This document shows, in pieces, positions 16,588 to 26,012 of a stretch of 64,000 nucleotides of DNA (the stretch's first letter is position 1; every line of letters begins with the position of its first letter). The stretch is from an uncultured Spirochaetota bacterium. GTDB lineage: Bacteria; Spirochaetota; Spirochaetia; Treponematales; Rectinemataceae. The position numbers and the translations under genes are program-made. The stretch lies in contig CAIJMU010000016.1 of NCBI GenBank assembly GCA_903821875.1, forward strand, positions 36,961 to 100,960, read 5' to 3'. Under the pieces are notes generated by a model. The model saw only the letters and a program-made list of their open reading frames with translations, had not been told where the DNA came from and searched no databases.

Positions 16588-17604
16588 CTAGACCTCGTCT
16601 TCCCAGGACTCGTCTTCCTCGAAGTCCCGACCCATGATGGCGCGCACCGCGTCGGCGATGCCATTGGCGTCAAGCCTGTAGTGGGAGTACAGGTCCTCCG
16701 GGTAGCCGACCACCGAAAACTCGTCGTTGAAGCCGAGCTTGGAAAAGGCGCAGCCCTTGCCGCTTTCTGCAATGACGTCGGCGACGGCGCCCCCGAGGCC
16801 GCCTATGACCGAGTGCTCCTCGACCGTCAGGATCCGGCGGGTCTCCCGGATTGCTGCGAGGACCTCTTCCCTGTCGATAGGCTTAATTGTATGCATGTTG
16901 ACCACGCGGATGGACAGTCCGTCCGAGGCGGCCAAAAGCTTCGCGGCTTCGGCTGCCTGCAGCACGGCGATGCCGCAGGCGATGATCGTGAGGTCCGTCC
17001 CCTCGCGGAAGCGCTGGGCCTTGCCGACCCTGAAGCCGTAGTCCTCGCTGGCGTGGAACTTCGGCTCGAAACCCCGGCCGACGCGGATGTAGACAGGCCC
17101 TGGGATGTCCATCGAAGCGCGGACGGCATTGGCTGTCTCGATGCCGTCAGCGGGTACTATGACGGTCATGTTGGGAAAGGCACGCATGATCGCGATGTCC
17201 TCGAGGCAGTGGTGGGTAGTCCCCGCCTGGCCGAAGGCGACGCCGGCGTGGGTCGCTATGATCTTTACCGGGAGGTTCTGGTAACAGATGTCCGTGCGGA
17301 CCTGTTCTGCGGCGCGCATCGAGGCGAAGGCGGCAAAGGTCGAGGCAAAGGGGATGAGGCCTGATTTGGCCAGGCCAGCCGCCACGCCGAAGAGGTTCTG
17401 CTCGGCTATGCCGACATTGAAGAGGCGATCGGGGAAGGCTTTCCCGAAGACGCCGATCTTGGTGGAATTGGCAAGGTCGGCAGTGACACCCACGACACGG
17501 GGATCCTTTTCCCCCAGCTCGGTCAGGACGCGGCCGTAGATCTCGGCCTGGGTCATCGTGTTCGAGTCATAGCAGGTCCAGGTGGTTCCAGTTATCTCAG
17601 CCAT
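16588..17604 (-). CDS. Transketolase, C-terminal (pyrimidine-binding) subunit
   Basis: 338 aa: FNVGIAEQNLFGVAAGLA...FASMRAAEQVR...HHCLEDIAIMRAFPNMTV. Overlaps the upstream subunit gene by 8 nt. Confidence 0.9.
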   Translation of the reverse strand: MAEITGTTWTCYDSNTMTQAEIYGRVLTELGEKDPRVVGVTADLANSTKIGVFGKAFPDRLFNVGIAEQNLFGVAAGLAKSGLIPFASTFAAFASMRAAEQVRTDICYQNLPVKIIATHAGVAFGQAGTTHHCLEDIAIMRAFPNMTVIVPADGIETANAVRASMDIPGPVYIRVGRGFEPKFHASEDYGFRVGKAQRFREGTDLTIIACGIAVLQAAEAAKLLAASDGLSIRVVNMHTIKPIDREEVLAAIRETRRILTVEEHSVIGGLGGAVADVIAESGKGCAFSKLGFNDEFSVVGYPEDLYSHYRLDANGIADAVRAIMGRDFEEDESWEDEV

Positions 17605-18454
17605 GATTCCTCCCCTTGTCAGAAGCCCCAGCTTCTATCGAGGCTTTGGCCTTGGCTTCCAGTACGGAGTCGACCGAACCGTAGTGCCATTTTACCTGTC
17701 CTTCCATGAAGTCCACGCCCTTGCCCTTTACGGTCTCTGCGATGATCGCGACCGGTTTGCCGGGCTTCGAGAGGGCGAAGTCGATGGCTGAGGAAAGTTC
17801 GTCATAGTCATGACCATCCACCTTCCGGGTGAGGAAGCCGAAGGCCTTCCACTTGTCCTCGAAGGGTTCGAGGCCCATCACATCCTCGGTGCGCCCGTCG
17901 ATCATGAGTCCGTTGCGGTCGACCATGACTACCAGGTTGTCGAGCCTGAAGTGGGCGGCGCTCATCGCGGCTTCCCAGACCGAACCCTCGTCGCACTCCC
18001 CGTCACCGAGGATGCAGAAGGTCTTCCAGTCCTTTTTCTGGAGGCGGGCGCCGAGGGCAAGGCCCACCGACATCGGCAGCCCGTGCCCGAGGGAGCCGGT
18101 GGACAGGTCGACGCCCCTCACCTTGGCGGCGTCCAGATGCATGCCGAAGGGCGACATGAAGTGGTTGAAGCTCTTGAGCTCTTCCTTCGGGAAGTATCCC
18201 CTGAGCGCGAGGGCTGGCGCGATGCCGACGCCCGCGTGGCCCTTGCTCACCACAAGGCGGTCGCGTTCGTCCCAGTCGGGACGTTGCGGGTCGATTTTCA
18301 GGTACTTCCAATACAGGATGACGAGCATCTCCACCATGCTGAGCGCCCCCCCGAGATGTGCGCCTCCGGCCCAGACTGTCGTATCTATGATGTCCAGTCG
18401 CAATTGCCTAGCGGTCTGGGCAAAGGCCGCCTTTTCCTCGTTGGTCAGTGCCAT
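17597..18454 (-). CDS. Transketolase, N-terminal (TPP-binding) subunit
   Basis: MALTNEEK...GGAHLGGALS...VVSKGHAG...ILGDGECDEGSVWEAA (TPP motif). Start placed at internal ATG 18454. Confidence 0.9.
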   Translation of the reverse strand: MALTNEEKAAFAQTARQLRLDIIDTTVWAGGAHLGGALSMVEMLVILYWKYLKIDPQRPDWDERDRLVVSKGHAGVGIAPALALRGYFPKEELKSFNHFMSPFGMHLDAAKVRGVDLSTGSLGHGLPMSVGLALGARLQKKDWKTFCILGDGECDEGSVWEAAMSAAHFRLDNLVVMVDRNGLMIDGRTEDVMGLEPFEDKWKAFGFLTRKVDGHDYDELSSAIDFALSKPGKPVAIIAETVKGKGVDFMEGQVKWHYGSVDSVLEAKAKASIEAGASDKGRNHG

Positions 18455-18464
18455 GTGATGCTCC

Positions 18465-19718
18465 TCAAGCCTTGGGGTGACGCCCGCGCACGATGGCGAA
18501 GGCCTCGTCGGCGACCTCGAGGCTGAGGGCAATGTCCTCCTTCGAGATGGCCGTATTTATGAAGAGATTGTGGTGGTTGGTGAAATAGACGCCCCGCATC
18601 ACGCATTCCGCCACCCATTCCTGGTGCAGCAGGAGGCTGTCGTCGTCGGCTATCCGCATGTACCACATCGAAGGGACGCCGGAGACCCTAAGGTCGAAGC
18701 CGTGGGCTTTTCCTGCCACTACGAGGCCCTCGGTGAGTTCCTTGCCGATAGACTGCGTGACCCGGGCGGCGTCGATGCGGCGCATCTTCCGCACGCAGGC
18801 GAGGCCAGCAGCCAGGGGCATGGCCGAGAGCCAGTAGCTCCCCGTGTACATGATGGAGGAGGCAGCGTCCTTGAGCGCATCGATGCCGCAGACGGCCGAG
18901 ACGTTGTAGCCGTTCGCGATAGCCTTGCAGAAGCACATGAGGTCTGCCTTGAAGCCGAAGTAGTGGTCGGAACCGGCCATGTCGAGGCGGAAGCCGCAGC
19001 GCACGTCATCGATTGCCAGTACTATGCCATTGTCGTCGCAGATCTTCCGGATGGCCGCCCAGTATCCGGGCTTTGGAAGTTCGCTGTCGGTGAACACGGG
19101 GTGGGAGTAGGGCGTTGCCATGAAGACGGCGATCTGTCCCCTGTGTTCCGACACGAGGCGCTCGACGGCGGCGATGTCGTTCCAGTCGACGTAGAGGTTG
19201 TTCGAAACATCGGCATTGGTAATACCAGGTTGTCCCTTCTTCTGGGTCCAGGGAGCGACCCCGTGGTAGCCGCCCTTGACGAGGATGGCCTTGTCGCGGC
19301 CCGTGGCAGCGCGCGCTATCATCAGGGCGAAGCTCGTGGCGTCCCCCCCGTTCTTGGCGAAAAAGGCCCAGTCGGCCATCGCCACCGTATCGACCATCTC
19401 CTCGGCGAAATCGATCAGCAGGCTCGGGGGGCTGGTCGTGCAGTTGCCCTTTTTAAGGGCAGCCAGGGCTGCAGCGTCGACCTCCGGATCGTTATAGCCC
19501 AGGATATTGGGACCGTAGGCGCACATGTAGTCGATGAAGCGGTTGCCGTCGACGTCCCAGAAATGGGCTCCCTCGGCGCGATCGCCGAACATCGGGAAGG
19601 CTTCCACCGGAATAAAGCAGCTCTCGGCCGGACCGAGGTGACCGTAGACGCCGCCGGGAATCACCTTGGCAGCCCTGGCAAAAAGCTCGCGGCTCTTCGG
19701 ATACCTGTATGTGTTCAT
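18465..19718 (-). CDS. Class-III aminotransferase (glutamate-1-semialdehyde aminomutase-like)
   Basis: 417 aa: KVIPGGV...GPNILGYNDPEV...AKNGGDATSFA...DDVRCGFR...MCFCKAIANGY (PLP-Lys). Confidence 0.85.
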   Translation of the reverse strand: MNTYRYPKSRELFARAAKVIPGGVYGHLGPAESCFIPVEAFPMFGDRAEGAHFWDVDGNRFIDYMCAYGPNILGYNDPEVDAAALAALKKGNCTTSPPSLLIDFAEEMVDTVAMADWAFFAKNGGDATSFALMIARAATGRDKAILVKGGYHGVAPWTQKKGQPGITNADVSNNLYVDWNDIAAVERLVSEHRGQIAVFMATPYSHPVFTDSELPKPGYWAAIRKICDDNGIVLAIDDVRCGFRLDMAGSDHYFGFKADLMCFCKAIANGYNVSAVCGIDALKDAASSIMYTGSYWLSAMPLAAGLACVRKMRRIDAARVTQSIGKELTEGLVVAGKAHGFDLRVSGVPSMWYMRIADDDSLLLHQEWVAECVMRGVYFTNHHNLFINTAISKEDIALSLEVADEAFAIVRGRHPKA

Positions 19719-19729
19719 GCCATCCTCCT

Positions 19730-20488
19730 TCAGGCCAGATAGCGCGGCACGAGGCCGAGCACCTTGTTCATGTGTTCGAGCATGGGGATAAAGCCGCTCA
19801 TGGCGACCTCACCGAGGCCGAGGGCAGTCATCGCGTCCCTCCTCCCGCCGAGCACCCCGCTGGCGGCCTGGTAGTCGGCGAAGGTCATCGAGGCGCGTGC
19901 TTTGCCAGTCCTTCCCTTGGCTGCCGAAAGACAGCCTCCCTTGGCAGTGAGGGATACCGCTGGCCCGTCCTTGATGCCGATCTCGATGATGCCATCGGGT
20001 ATGCGTCCCGCATTGAGCATGCCGACCGGGTCGGCGTTGCCCACTTCGGCGAGGGCAAAGCCCGCAGTGTAGAGGGTCAGTTCAGTAGTGGCCTTGAAGA
20101 TGGCAGGGTCGGCGAGGGCCTCGGGACTGGGCCGGAGGTAGGACTCGAGCCGCTTTGTCAGCATCGTGAAGGGGCCGGTGAGGAAGGATAGTTTGGTCAA
20201 TCCCTTGAGCGGAATGGGGCTGCCGCTTCCAGCGACCATGGAGTTGAAGTGCTCGGGGCCGGAAAACCAGAGGCTGATGCTGGTTTTTGCCGCTCCGCGC
20301 ACGAAGCTGCCTCCTCCCTTTCCGTCAAAGGAGAGGACTCCCCGAGGGCCCCCGTGCACCGAGAATCCGATGGCTTCCCTTCGTCCCGCGATCAGTTTCC
20401 CGGCTTCTTCATCGAGGGTGACGAGGTCCTCTATATTGCGGAGCACGGCATAGAGATTGACATTGGCCATTGTGGCAGGGTCTGGCAT
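19730..20488 (-). CDS. SCP2-like domain protein, paralogue of 15777-16586; first gene of the operon
   Basis: 252 aa from ATG 20488, preceded by AAGGAGG. The C-terminus FADYQAASGVLGGRRDAMTALGLGEVAMSGF resembles SCP2. Fold assignment is tentative. Confidence 0.5.
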   Translation of the reverse strand: MPDPATMANVNLYAVLRNIEDLVTLDEEAGKLIAGRREAIGFSVHGGPRGVLSFDGKGGGSFVRGAAKTSISLWFSGPEHFNSMVAGSGSPIPLKGLTKLSFLTGPFTMLTKRLESYLRPSPEALADPAIFKATTELTLYTAGFALAEVGNADPVGMLNAGRIPDGIIEIGIKDGPAVSLTAKGGCLSAAKGRTGKARASMTFADYQAASGVLGGRRDAMTALGLGEVAMSGFIPMLEHMNKVLGLVPRYLA

Positions 20489-20511
20489 TGCGGCCTCCTT
20501 GCGTCTATGAT

Positions 20512-20557
20512 ATAGAGTGAGCGCTCGCTCTATGAAGCGAGCATAGTAGTACTCGCT
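20512..20557. promoter_or_regulatory. Two adjacent inverted repeats (candidate operators) in a divergent promoter region
   Basis: ATAGAGTGAGCGCTCGCTCTAT (20512-20533) is a 22-bp palindrome with 2 mismatches. AGCGAG-N10-CTCGCT lies at 20536-20557. Both sit between the divergent starts at 20488 and 20628. Confidence 0.4.
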
Positions 20558-20627
20558 GAAACCTGCAAGCCAAAATCGAAAACATGGACTATGATTTCCA
20601 GCTTGCCAGCTGGCGAGGAGAGGCATC

Positions 20628-22997
20628 ATGAGCGGTATTCACGAACCCTGCGTCTACTTTGCCCTGCGCTTCCATGTGAACTTCTACCATTCCTACCGAG
20701 GCGATTCCCTCGACGAACGGGGGATCGGAAAGGATATCCGCATAATCCGTGGCATCCTCGACGGCCTCGACCTCCTCGAAGCGGAGGGCCTTCCCGTCCG
20801 GGCAGCCTGGGACATCGAGAACTATTACTCGCTCCAGGTCTACATGCCCAAACATGCACCGGACATAATTGAACGCATCCAGGCCCGCGTGAGGGCTGGC
20901 AAGGACGAGGTCGAGCCGATGTCCTGGAACAACGGCATCATCACGGCCCACGACCGGGAGGAGTTCGAAGCCGCGATCGGCATGGCGATTTCCAACAAGG
21001 CGGGCTCCGGACTCGCGGACCTTTTTCCCTCCTGGGCACCCATCGTGCGGCCCCAGGAGTGCATGTGGAACGCTACCCAGATCGCCTCCTACCGGAAGCT
21101 CGGCATCGAGGCTGTCTCGGTCTACTACTCGGCGATTCCCTTCAACGGCTTCGGTTCCTTTGTGGCGCCCCTGCCCCTCGCGCAGCGCTACAACCCACTC
21201 CGCATCGTGGATCCGGCCACCGGGGCCGCCATGAGGCTCCTGCCCTGCTACAACCACGGCGATATCCTGGAGCATGGCGCCAGCCTTCGCCTCTGGATCA
21301 AGTCCCTACGAAAATCACAATTAGAAAGTTCTCCGCCGGTCGACCTCCTCCTTCTCCTGGACCTGGACGCCGATGACAGCTTCTGGGAGGGCTACATCGG
21401 ATCGAAACTGCCCACATGGACAGGTCCCTTTCTCGGCCTCGTCCCGCCCGCGCTGCGCGGTCTCGTACCGATGATCAGGAGTCTCCGGAGGCTGCCCTGG
21501 CTGCGCTTTACCCTGCCGGGCGACTATATCCGGGAGCATGGCGATGCAGGAGAACTTGCCCTCGGCCAGGACCTCGCCGACGGGGCCTTCGACGGCTACT
21601 CCTCCTGGTCGGAGAAAGAGGAGAACGCGCGGCTCTGGAGCATCGTGCACGAGGCTCGGCGAAGGGCAAGCCTTGCAGCGCGCCTGGGTTCGGAGCGCGA
21701 GGGCGTGGATCGCCGAGCCCTCGATGCCACGCTGCGGGATGCCCTTGAGGAAAGGCTCCTGTCCATGTCGACGACGCACTTCGGCATGGCCTCGCCGGTG
21801 ATGAATGCCGAGCGCCTTGTAGACGGATTCCGCCAGGCTGAAAAGGCCCTGGACGCCTCCGAGCGCGCCCTGGAGCTCGCCGGGGCAGGCAGAGGTGCAA
21901 GCTATTGGTACTATGACCAGGAGATCGACGGGCTCGGGCGAGGATCGGGGGCAATTGTCATGGACCCTGGGAAGGCCCGGGAGTCGGGCTTTCCTGGCCT
22001 CATGGTGGTCGAGCCTGCTGCGTCCAAGGTCCGTGCCCTGGCGGCAGGGGGGATGAGCGGAGGCCTCGATAACAGTGGCAACCGAATCGGGAACGGGGAC
22101 CTGGAGCTCGAAGCCGGGCCCGAAGGCGGGATCATCGTGCGTCGGGGGGGAGAGGCGCTTTTCGCCGCCCCGCTTTCACGGCCCTGGATACGACACAGCG
22201 GCAGGCGGCTGGAAGGTCACGGCGAAGCGCTACCAGCCAGGGGCGGGCCCCAGGGTTCAGTAATGGAAATGAGGCTCGATGGCAGGATCACGATGCCGCG
22301 TGCGGGACTCGCTGGCGAGGATGTCTACGCCCGCTTCACCCACCGCTATGCGCTGGCAGCGGGCGTCCAGGGCCTTCGCGTCGACATCGAGATGGAGTAT
22401 CCGCGCACGCTGCGCCGGGGCTTCGACCGGGGAAAGGCCTCACGCCTGGCGCGGGACTGGGACGCGCGGTGGACAGAGGTTGCACCCTTCGAAATCGAGC
22501 CGACCCTGGATGCGACGCTCGATAGTCCCGTCCGGGTCTGGAAGCACGATTTTTCGGGGACAGTTTCCAGTTATGATATTAATTATCATGGATTCGGCCC
22601 CAACCGAGAGCCGGACTCCCTCGACAACCACATCACCAATGGCTGGGTCGCGGTTTCAGCCGGTGGCAAGGGTCTCCTCGTTGCCCAGTCCGACGAGGCT
22701 GAAACACTTTTCGCTTTCTGCCCCATGCGTGTTCGCCTGGATGGTGGCAGGCAACGCGTCTTCCTCAACCCCTTCGGTTCCTACCACGGCAGGCAGTGGC
22801 GCTACCCGACGGCGACCACGGGACTTGGCCGGCTCGCTGCCCTGGCGGCTGCTGACAACCTCGACCCCTACGCCCCCTCCTGGGAGGGCGGAAGGCTGCA
22901 CTGCGTCCTCTTCCTCATTCCCTACGAAGGCGACCGGCCTCCCGAGGGTGTGCAGCGTGATGCCCTCGTGTTTGCCTCGAAGGCCATCGAGGCCTGA
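20628..22997 (+). CDS. Large glycoside-hydrolase-57-like protein (distant; function uncertain)
   Basis: 789 aa. The N-terminal region FALRFHVNFYHSYRGD...GKDEVEPMSWNNGIIT...VRPQECMW resembles the GH57 conserved-region order. The C-terminal ~450 aa is unassigned. Confidence 0.4.
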   Translation: MSGIHEPCVYFALRFHVNFYHSYRGDSLDERGIGKDIRIIRGILDGLDLLEAEGLPVRAAWDIENYYSLQVYMPKHAPDIIERIQARVRAGKDEVEPMSWNNGIITAHDREEFEAAIGMAISNKAGSGLADLFPSWAPIVRPQECMWNATQIASYRKLGIEAVSVYYSAIPFNGFGSFVAPLPLAQRYNPLRIVDPATGAAMRLLPCYNHGDILEHGASLRLWIKSLRKSQLESSPPVDLLLLLDLDADDSFWEGYIGSKLPTWTGPFLGLVPPALRGLVPMIRSLRRLPWLRFTLPGDYIREHGDAGELALGQDLADGAFDGYSSWSEKEENARLWSIVHEARRRASLAARLGSEREGVDRRALDATLRDALEERLLSMSTTHFGMASPVMNAERLVDGFRQAEKALDASERALELAGAGRGASYWYYDQEIDGLGRGSGAIVMDPGKARESGFPGLMVVEPAASKVRALAAGGMSGGLDNSGNRIGNGDLELEAGPEGGIIVRRGGEALFAAPLSRPWIRHSGRRLEGHGEALPARGGPQGSVMEMRLDGRITMPRAGLAGEDVYARFTHRYALAAGVQGLRVDIEMEYPRTLRRGFDRGKASRLARDWDARWTEVAPFEIEPTLDATLDSPVRVWKHDFSGTVSSYDINYHGFGPNREPDSLDNHITNGWVAVSAGGKGLLVAQSDEAETLFAFCPMRVRLDGGRQRVFLNPFGSYHGRQWRYPTATTGLGRLAALAAADNLDPYAPSWEGGRLHCVLFLIPYEGDRPPEGVQRDALVFASKAIEA

Positions 22998-23056
22998 GGG
23001 TTGCTGTATCAGGGCAGCGCCCGCGCGGAATGGTCTGCCGCACGGAGGTTCCGGAC

Positions 23057-23740
23057 ATGAGGATTCTCCTGGTGGATTCGGGCCTCTTCCATCCCTCCCT
23101 CCTGGCGCGTTCCCGGCTCCTTGGCCTTCTGGAAGAAACCAAGTGTGAGCAAATCCATCGAGTGGCAGCGCTCTCGGCTCTCCCGAGGGATCTTTCCGCC
23201 TGGAATGTCATAGTGCTGTATTTCCACGCTGCCTCGGCGCCGGAGGCAGCTGTCGCCAGGCTCGAGTCCTTTGTCCGTGCCGGCGGAGGGATCCTGGCCA
23301 TCCATGCAGCTACGGCCTCCTTCAAGAAACAGACGGCCTTCGGGAAGCTCCTCGGGGGGTACTTTGCGGGGCATGACGCGGTGGGCGAGTACCTGCTTGA
23401 GCCTGCCAGCTCAGATAGCCCCTTTGCCGGACTGCCCGCTCTCAGGGTGAGGGACGAGATGTACTTCCATGAAATTGTAGCTGACATTGAGATAGCCTTT
23501 ACGGCAAGGCCCTGGAGCCCCCATGGGCAGGCCGCCGGCCAGCGCGGCAGGCAGCCTGGCGTGAATCCGCCCATACCCGCTGTCTGGACGCGCCGCGTCG
23601 GCGCCGGCCGAGTCTGTTATGCATGTCCGGGGCACCGTGCGGCAACCCTTGACAATGCTGACTATCGAAGAGTCCTCCTTCGGGGGCTGTACTGGGCAGC
23701 CGGCGTGGAAGATCGGGGAGGCGGCCATGGACACTCTTAG
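23057..23740 (+). CDS. ThuA domain protein (trehalose-utilisation-like)
   Basis: MRILLVDSG...FHPS...WNVIVLYFH...GGGILAIHAATASF...DEMYFHE. GGAGG RBS upstream of ATG 23057. Confidence 0.7.
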   Translation: MRILLVDSGLFHPSLLARSRLLGLLEETKCEQIHRVAALSALPRDLSAWNVIVLYFHAASAPEAAVARLESFVRAGGGILAIHAATASFKKQTAFGKLLGGYFAGHDAVGEYLLEPASSDSPFAGLPALRVRDEMYFHEIVADIEIAFTARPWSPHGQAAGQRGRQPGVNPPIPAVWTRRVGAGRVCYACPGHRAATLDNADYRRVLLRGLYWAAGVEDRGGGHGHS

Positions 23741-24743
23741 GCTCGGCATAGCTGGCTGCGGCGACATAGCCGGATTCACTGCCCTCGTTTCACGATTCGT
23801 GCCGGCCCTTCGCCTGACCGCGTCTTGCGACCTCGATGCAGCGCGGGTTTCATCCTTTGCCAGACGCTACGGCATCAAGGCTACCTATACCAATTACGAA
23901 GAAATGCTGCAGTGCGGGGGCATCGACGCCGTCTATCTTGCCGTTCCCCATGACCTCCACCTGCCCATGGCCTGTGCGGCAATCGCGGCGGGCCTTCCTG
24001 TGTTCGTGGAAAAACCCCTCGCCCGCAACCTCCCCGAGGGGAGGAGGCTCGTGGCGGCATCTGAAGCAGCTGGTGTCAAGGTCGGCGTCAATTACCAGTA
24101 TCGCTACGACCGGGCCTGCCATGCCCTCCATGGGCTCCTGGCGGAGGGCGCGCTCGGCACGATCCGCCATGCGCGGATCAACCTTCCCTGGCATAGAGAC
24201 AAAAAATACTTCGAGGCCTCGCCCTGGCACAGGAGCATTTCCCGCGCTGGCGGCGGTACCCTCATCACCCAGGGCAGCCACTTCCTCGATGTGGCCCTCT
24301 GGTCCATCGGAAAGGCCCCGGTCTCGGCCATGGGCTACGTAGCGAGTCCGGGCTTCAAAGCTGATATCGATGTGGAAGTCGATACCCTTGCTGCGGGAAT
24401 CGTCGAGACCGAGGGCGGCGCATTGATCAGTATTAGTTCCTCTATGGTGGCTGCCCGGGAAGGGCGGGTCTCGATCGAGGTCTACGGGGAGAGGGGAAGC
24501 GCTGTCTACACGAACAGGCCCTGGCCACGGCTCGTGGTCAGGGCACCGGGCTTTCGCGCGGCTCGTCAGTCTGGCCCCTGCCTGCCCGGTTTCCACGCCC
24601 TGCAACGGAGCCTTGCCGCCTTCGTCGGCTGGGTCCAGAGCGACCGGCCCTACCTCGTCCCAGCGTCAGAGGCCCTGCCCGTGCTCGCGGCCGTGGACGG
24701 TATCTACCGCTCCGCCGCCTCCGGGAAGAGGGAATTGCTCTGA
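23727..24743 (+). CDS. Gfo/Idh/MocA family oxidoreductase (ThuB-like position)
   Basis: LRLGIAGCGDIAG (Rossmann)...VYLAVPHDLH...VFVEKPLA. Overlaps the ThuA-like gene by 14 nt. Confidence 0.8.
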   Translation: MDTLRLGIAGCGDIAGFTALVSRFVPALRLTASCDLDAARVSSFARRYGIKATYTNYEEMLQCGGIDAVYLAVPHDLHLPMACAAIAAGLPVFVEKPLARNLPEGRRLVAASEAAGVKVGVNYQYRYDRACHALHGLLAEGALGTIRHARINLPWHRDKKYFEASPWHRSISRAGGGTLITQGSHFLDVALWSIGKAPVSAMGYVASPGFKADIDVEVDTLAAGIVETEGGALISISSSMVAAREGRVSIEVYGERGSAVYTNRPWPRLVVRAPGFRAARQSGPCLPGFHALQRSLAAFVGWVQSDRPYLVPASEALPVLAAVDGIYRSAASGKRELL

Positions 24744-24800
24744 TGTGGCGGCCTCCCGAAGCGGGGCGCCGCGTTCAGGATGGAGCTCTCCTGGCCCGGG

Positions 24801-26012
24801 CTACAGGCTGAGTATCTCGTTCCCGAGGAGTTTCTCGATGACGAGGGTCGCCGCTCCGAGGGCACCTGAATCGGAATTGAGGGCGCTTTTAATGATCACT
24901 GTCCTCTGCGCGATCGCATGTACGGCCCTCCGCCTTGCGATGCGTTCGATACCTTCGAGGATGAGGCCGTGCAATTCCTCCACCACCTCACCCGCCAGGA
25001 CTACCGTTCCTGGATCGAATACGTTGATCACGTCCGCAATGCCGATTCCGATGCTCTCCTCGATCTCGGAGACGATGATGTTCGCCAACTTGTCGCCCTT
25101 CTGGGCAGCGCTGCCCACCTGGGTAAGTGTAAGGCCTGCGGACAGATCGACGCTGCCGCCGAGGCTGGTATGCACTCCGGCGACCATCAAGTCCCTCACC
25201 CGATTGAGGATCGCGCCGGAGGAAACGAGGGCTTCGAGGCAGCCATAATTGCCGCATTTGCACAAGGGGCCGTTTTCCTTGACAGTGATGTGGCCGAATT
25301 CGCCCGATGCGCCGTTGACGCCCCGATAGATGCGGTTGCCCAGTATTATTCCCGATCCGACGCCGATGCCGATGTACAGGAAGAGAAAGGTATCCTCGCC
25401 TTTCATGGCGCCATGCCGCTTTTCTGCGAGCGCCATGCATCGCGACACGTCGTCGAGGAGGACCTCGACCCCGAAGCGCTCTTTTACTGTTTTGACGAGG
25501 TGGATGTTTTCCCAACCAGGCAGGCCGGGACAATAGAGCACTACCCCGGAACGGGCGTCGACGAGCCCCGCTACTCCGATGCCGATACCACGGAGCACTC
25601 CGTAATTGCCTGATTCGCAGGCGGCTATCGCCATGGCGATCTCGGACATCAGGAGCTCCTGGAGTGACATCCGGTCATCGGTAGCCACGTCCAACTCTCT
25701 TTGATAGAGAATGGCGTCGTCGAACCCTATAGCGGTGAGGTTCATCCTGCCCGGCTTTATTACTCCGCCAACCGAAAAGCCGTAGCTATCGCAGAGGGCA
25801 ATGGACGATGGCTTTCTTCCCCTGCCCACACTCTGCTGCTGGCTTCCTTCGATGAGAAGTCCCTGAGAGATGAGTTCATCAACGAGGCGTTTGGCCGTCG
25901 CGACGCTCAGGCCGCAGGAATCCGATATCTGGAGTCGCGAAATCGGCCCACGATCGCGGACAGTGTTGAGGATGACCCTGCGATTACGTGCGGCGTTTTC
26001 AATGTGGCTCAG
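24801..26012 (-). CDS. ROK family transcriptional repressor (wHTH plus ROK sugar-kinase-like domain); start codon non-canonical or unresolved
   Basis: ROK motifs: GIGVAGLVD, GEFGHITV, CKCGNYGCLEA. The wHTH RNRRVILNTVRDRGPISRLQISDSCGLSVATAKRLVDELISQGLL is in frame upstream of the first GTG (25829). No ATG/GTG/TTG occurs back to the stop at 26085-26087. CTG 26010-26012 is taken as a provisional start. Confidence 0.75.
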   Translation of the reverse strand: MSHIENAARNRRVILNTVRDRGPISRLQISDSCGLSVATAKRLVDELISQGLLIEGSQQQSVGRGRKPSSIALCDSYGFSVGGVIKPGRMNLTAIGFDDAILYQRELDVATDDRMSLQELLMSEIAMAIAACESGNYGVLRGIGIGVAGLVDARSGVVLYCPGLPGWENIHLVKTVKERFGVEVLLDDVSRCMALAEKRHGAMKGEDTFLFLYIGIGVGSGIILGNRIYRGVNGASGEFGHITVKENGPLCKCGNYGCLEALVSSGAILNRVRDLMVAGVHTSLGGSVDLSAGLTLTQVGSAAQKGDKLANIIVSEIEESIGIGIADVINVFDPGTVVLAGEVVEELHGLILEGIERIARRRAVHAIAQRTVIIKSALNSDSGALGAATLVIEKLLGNEILSL

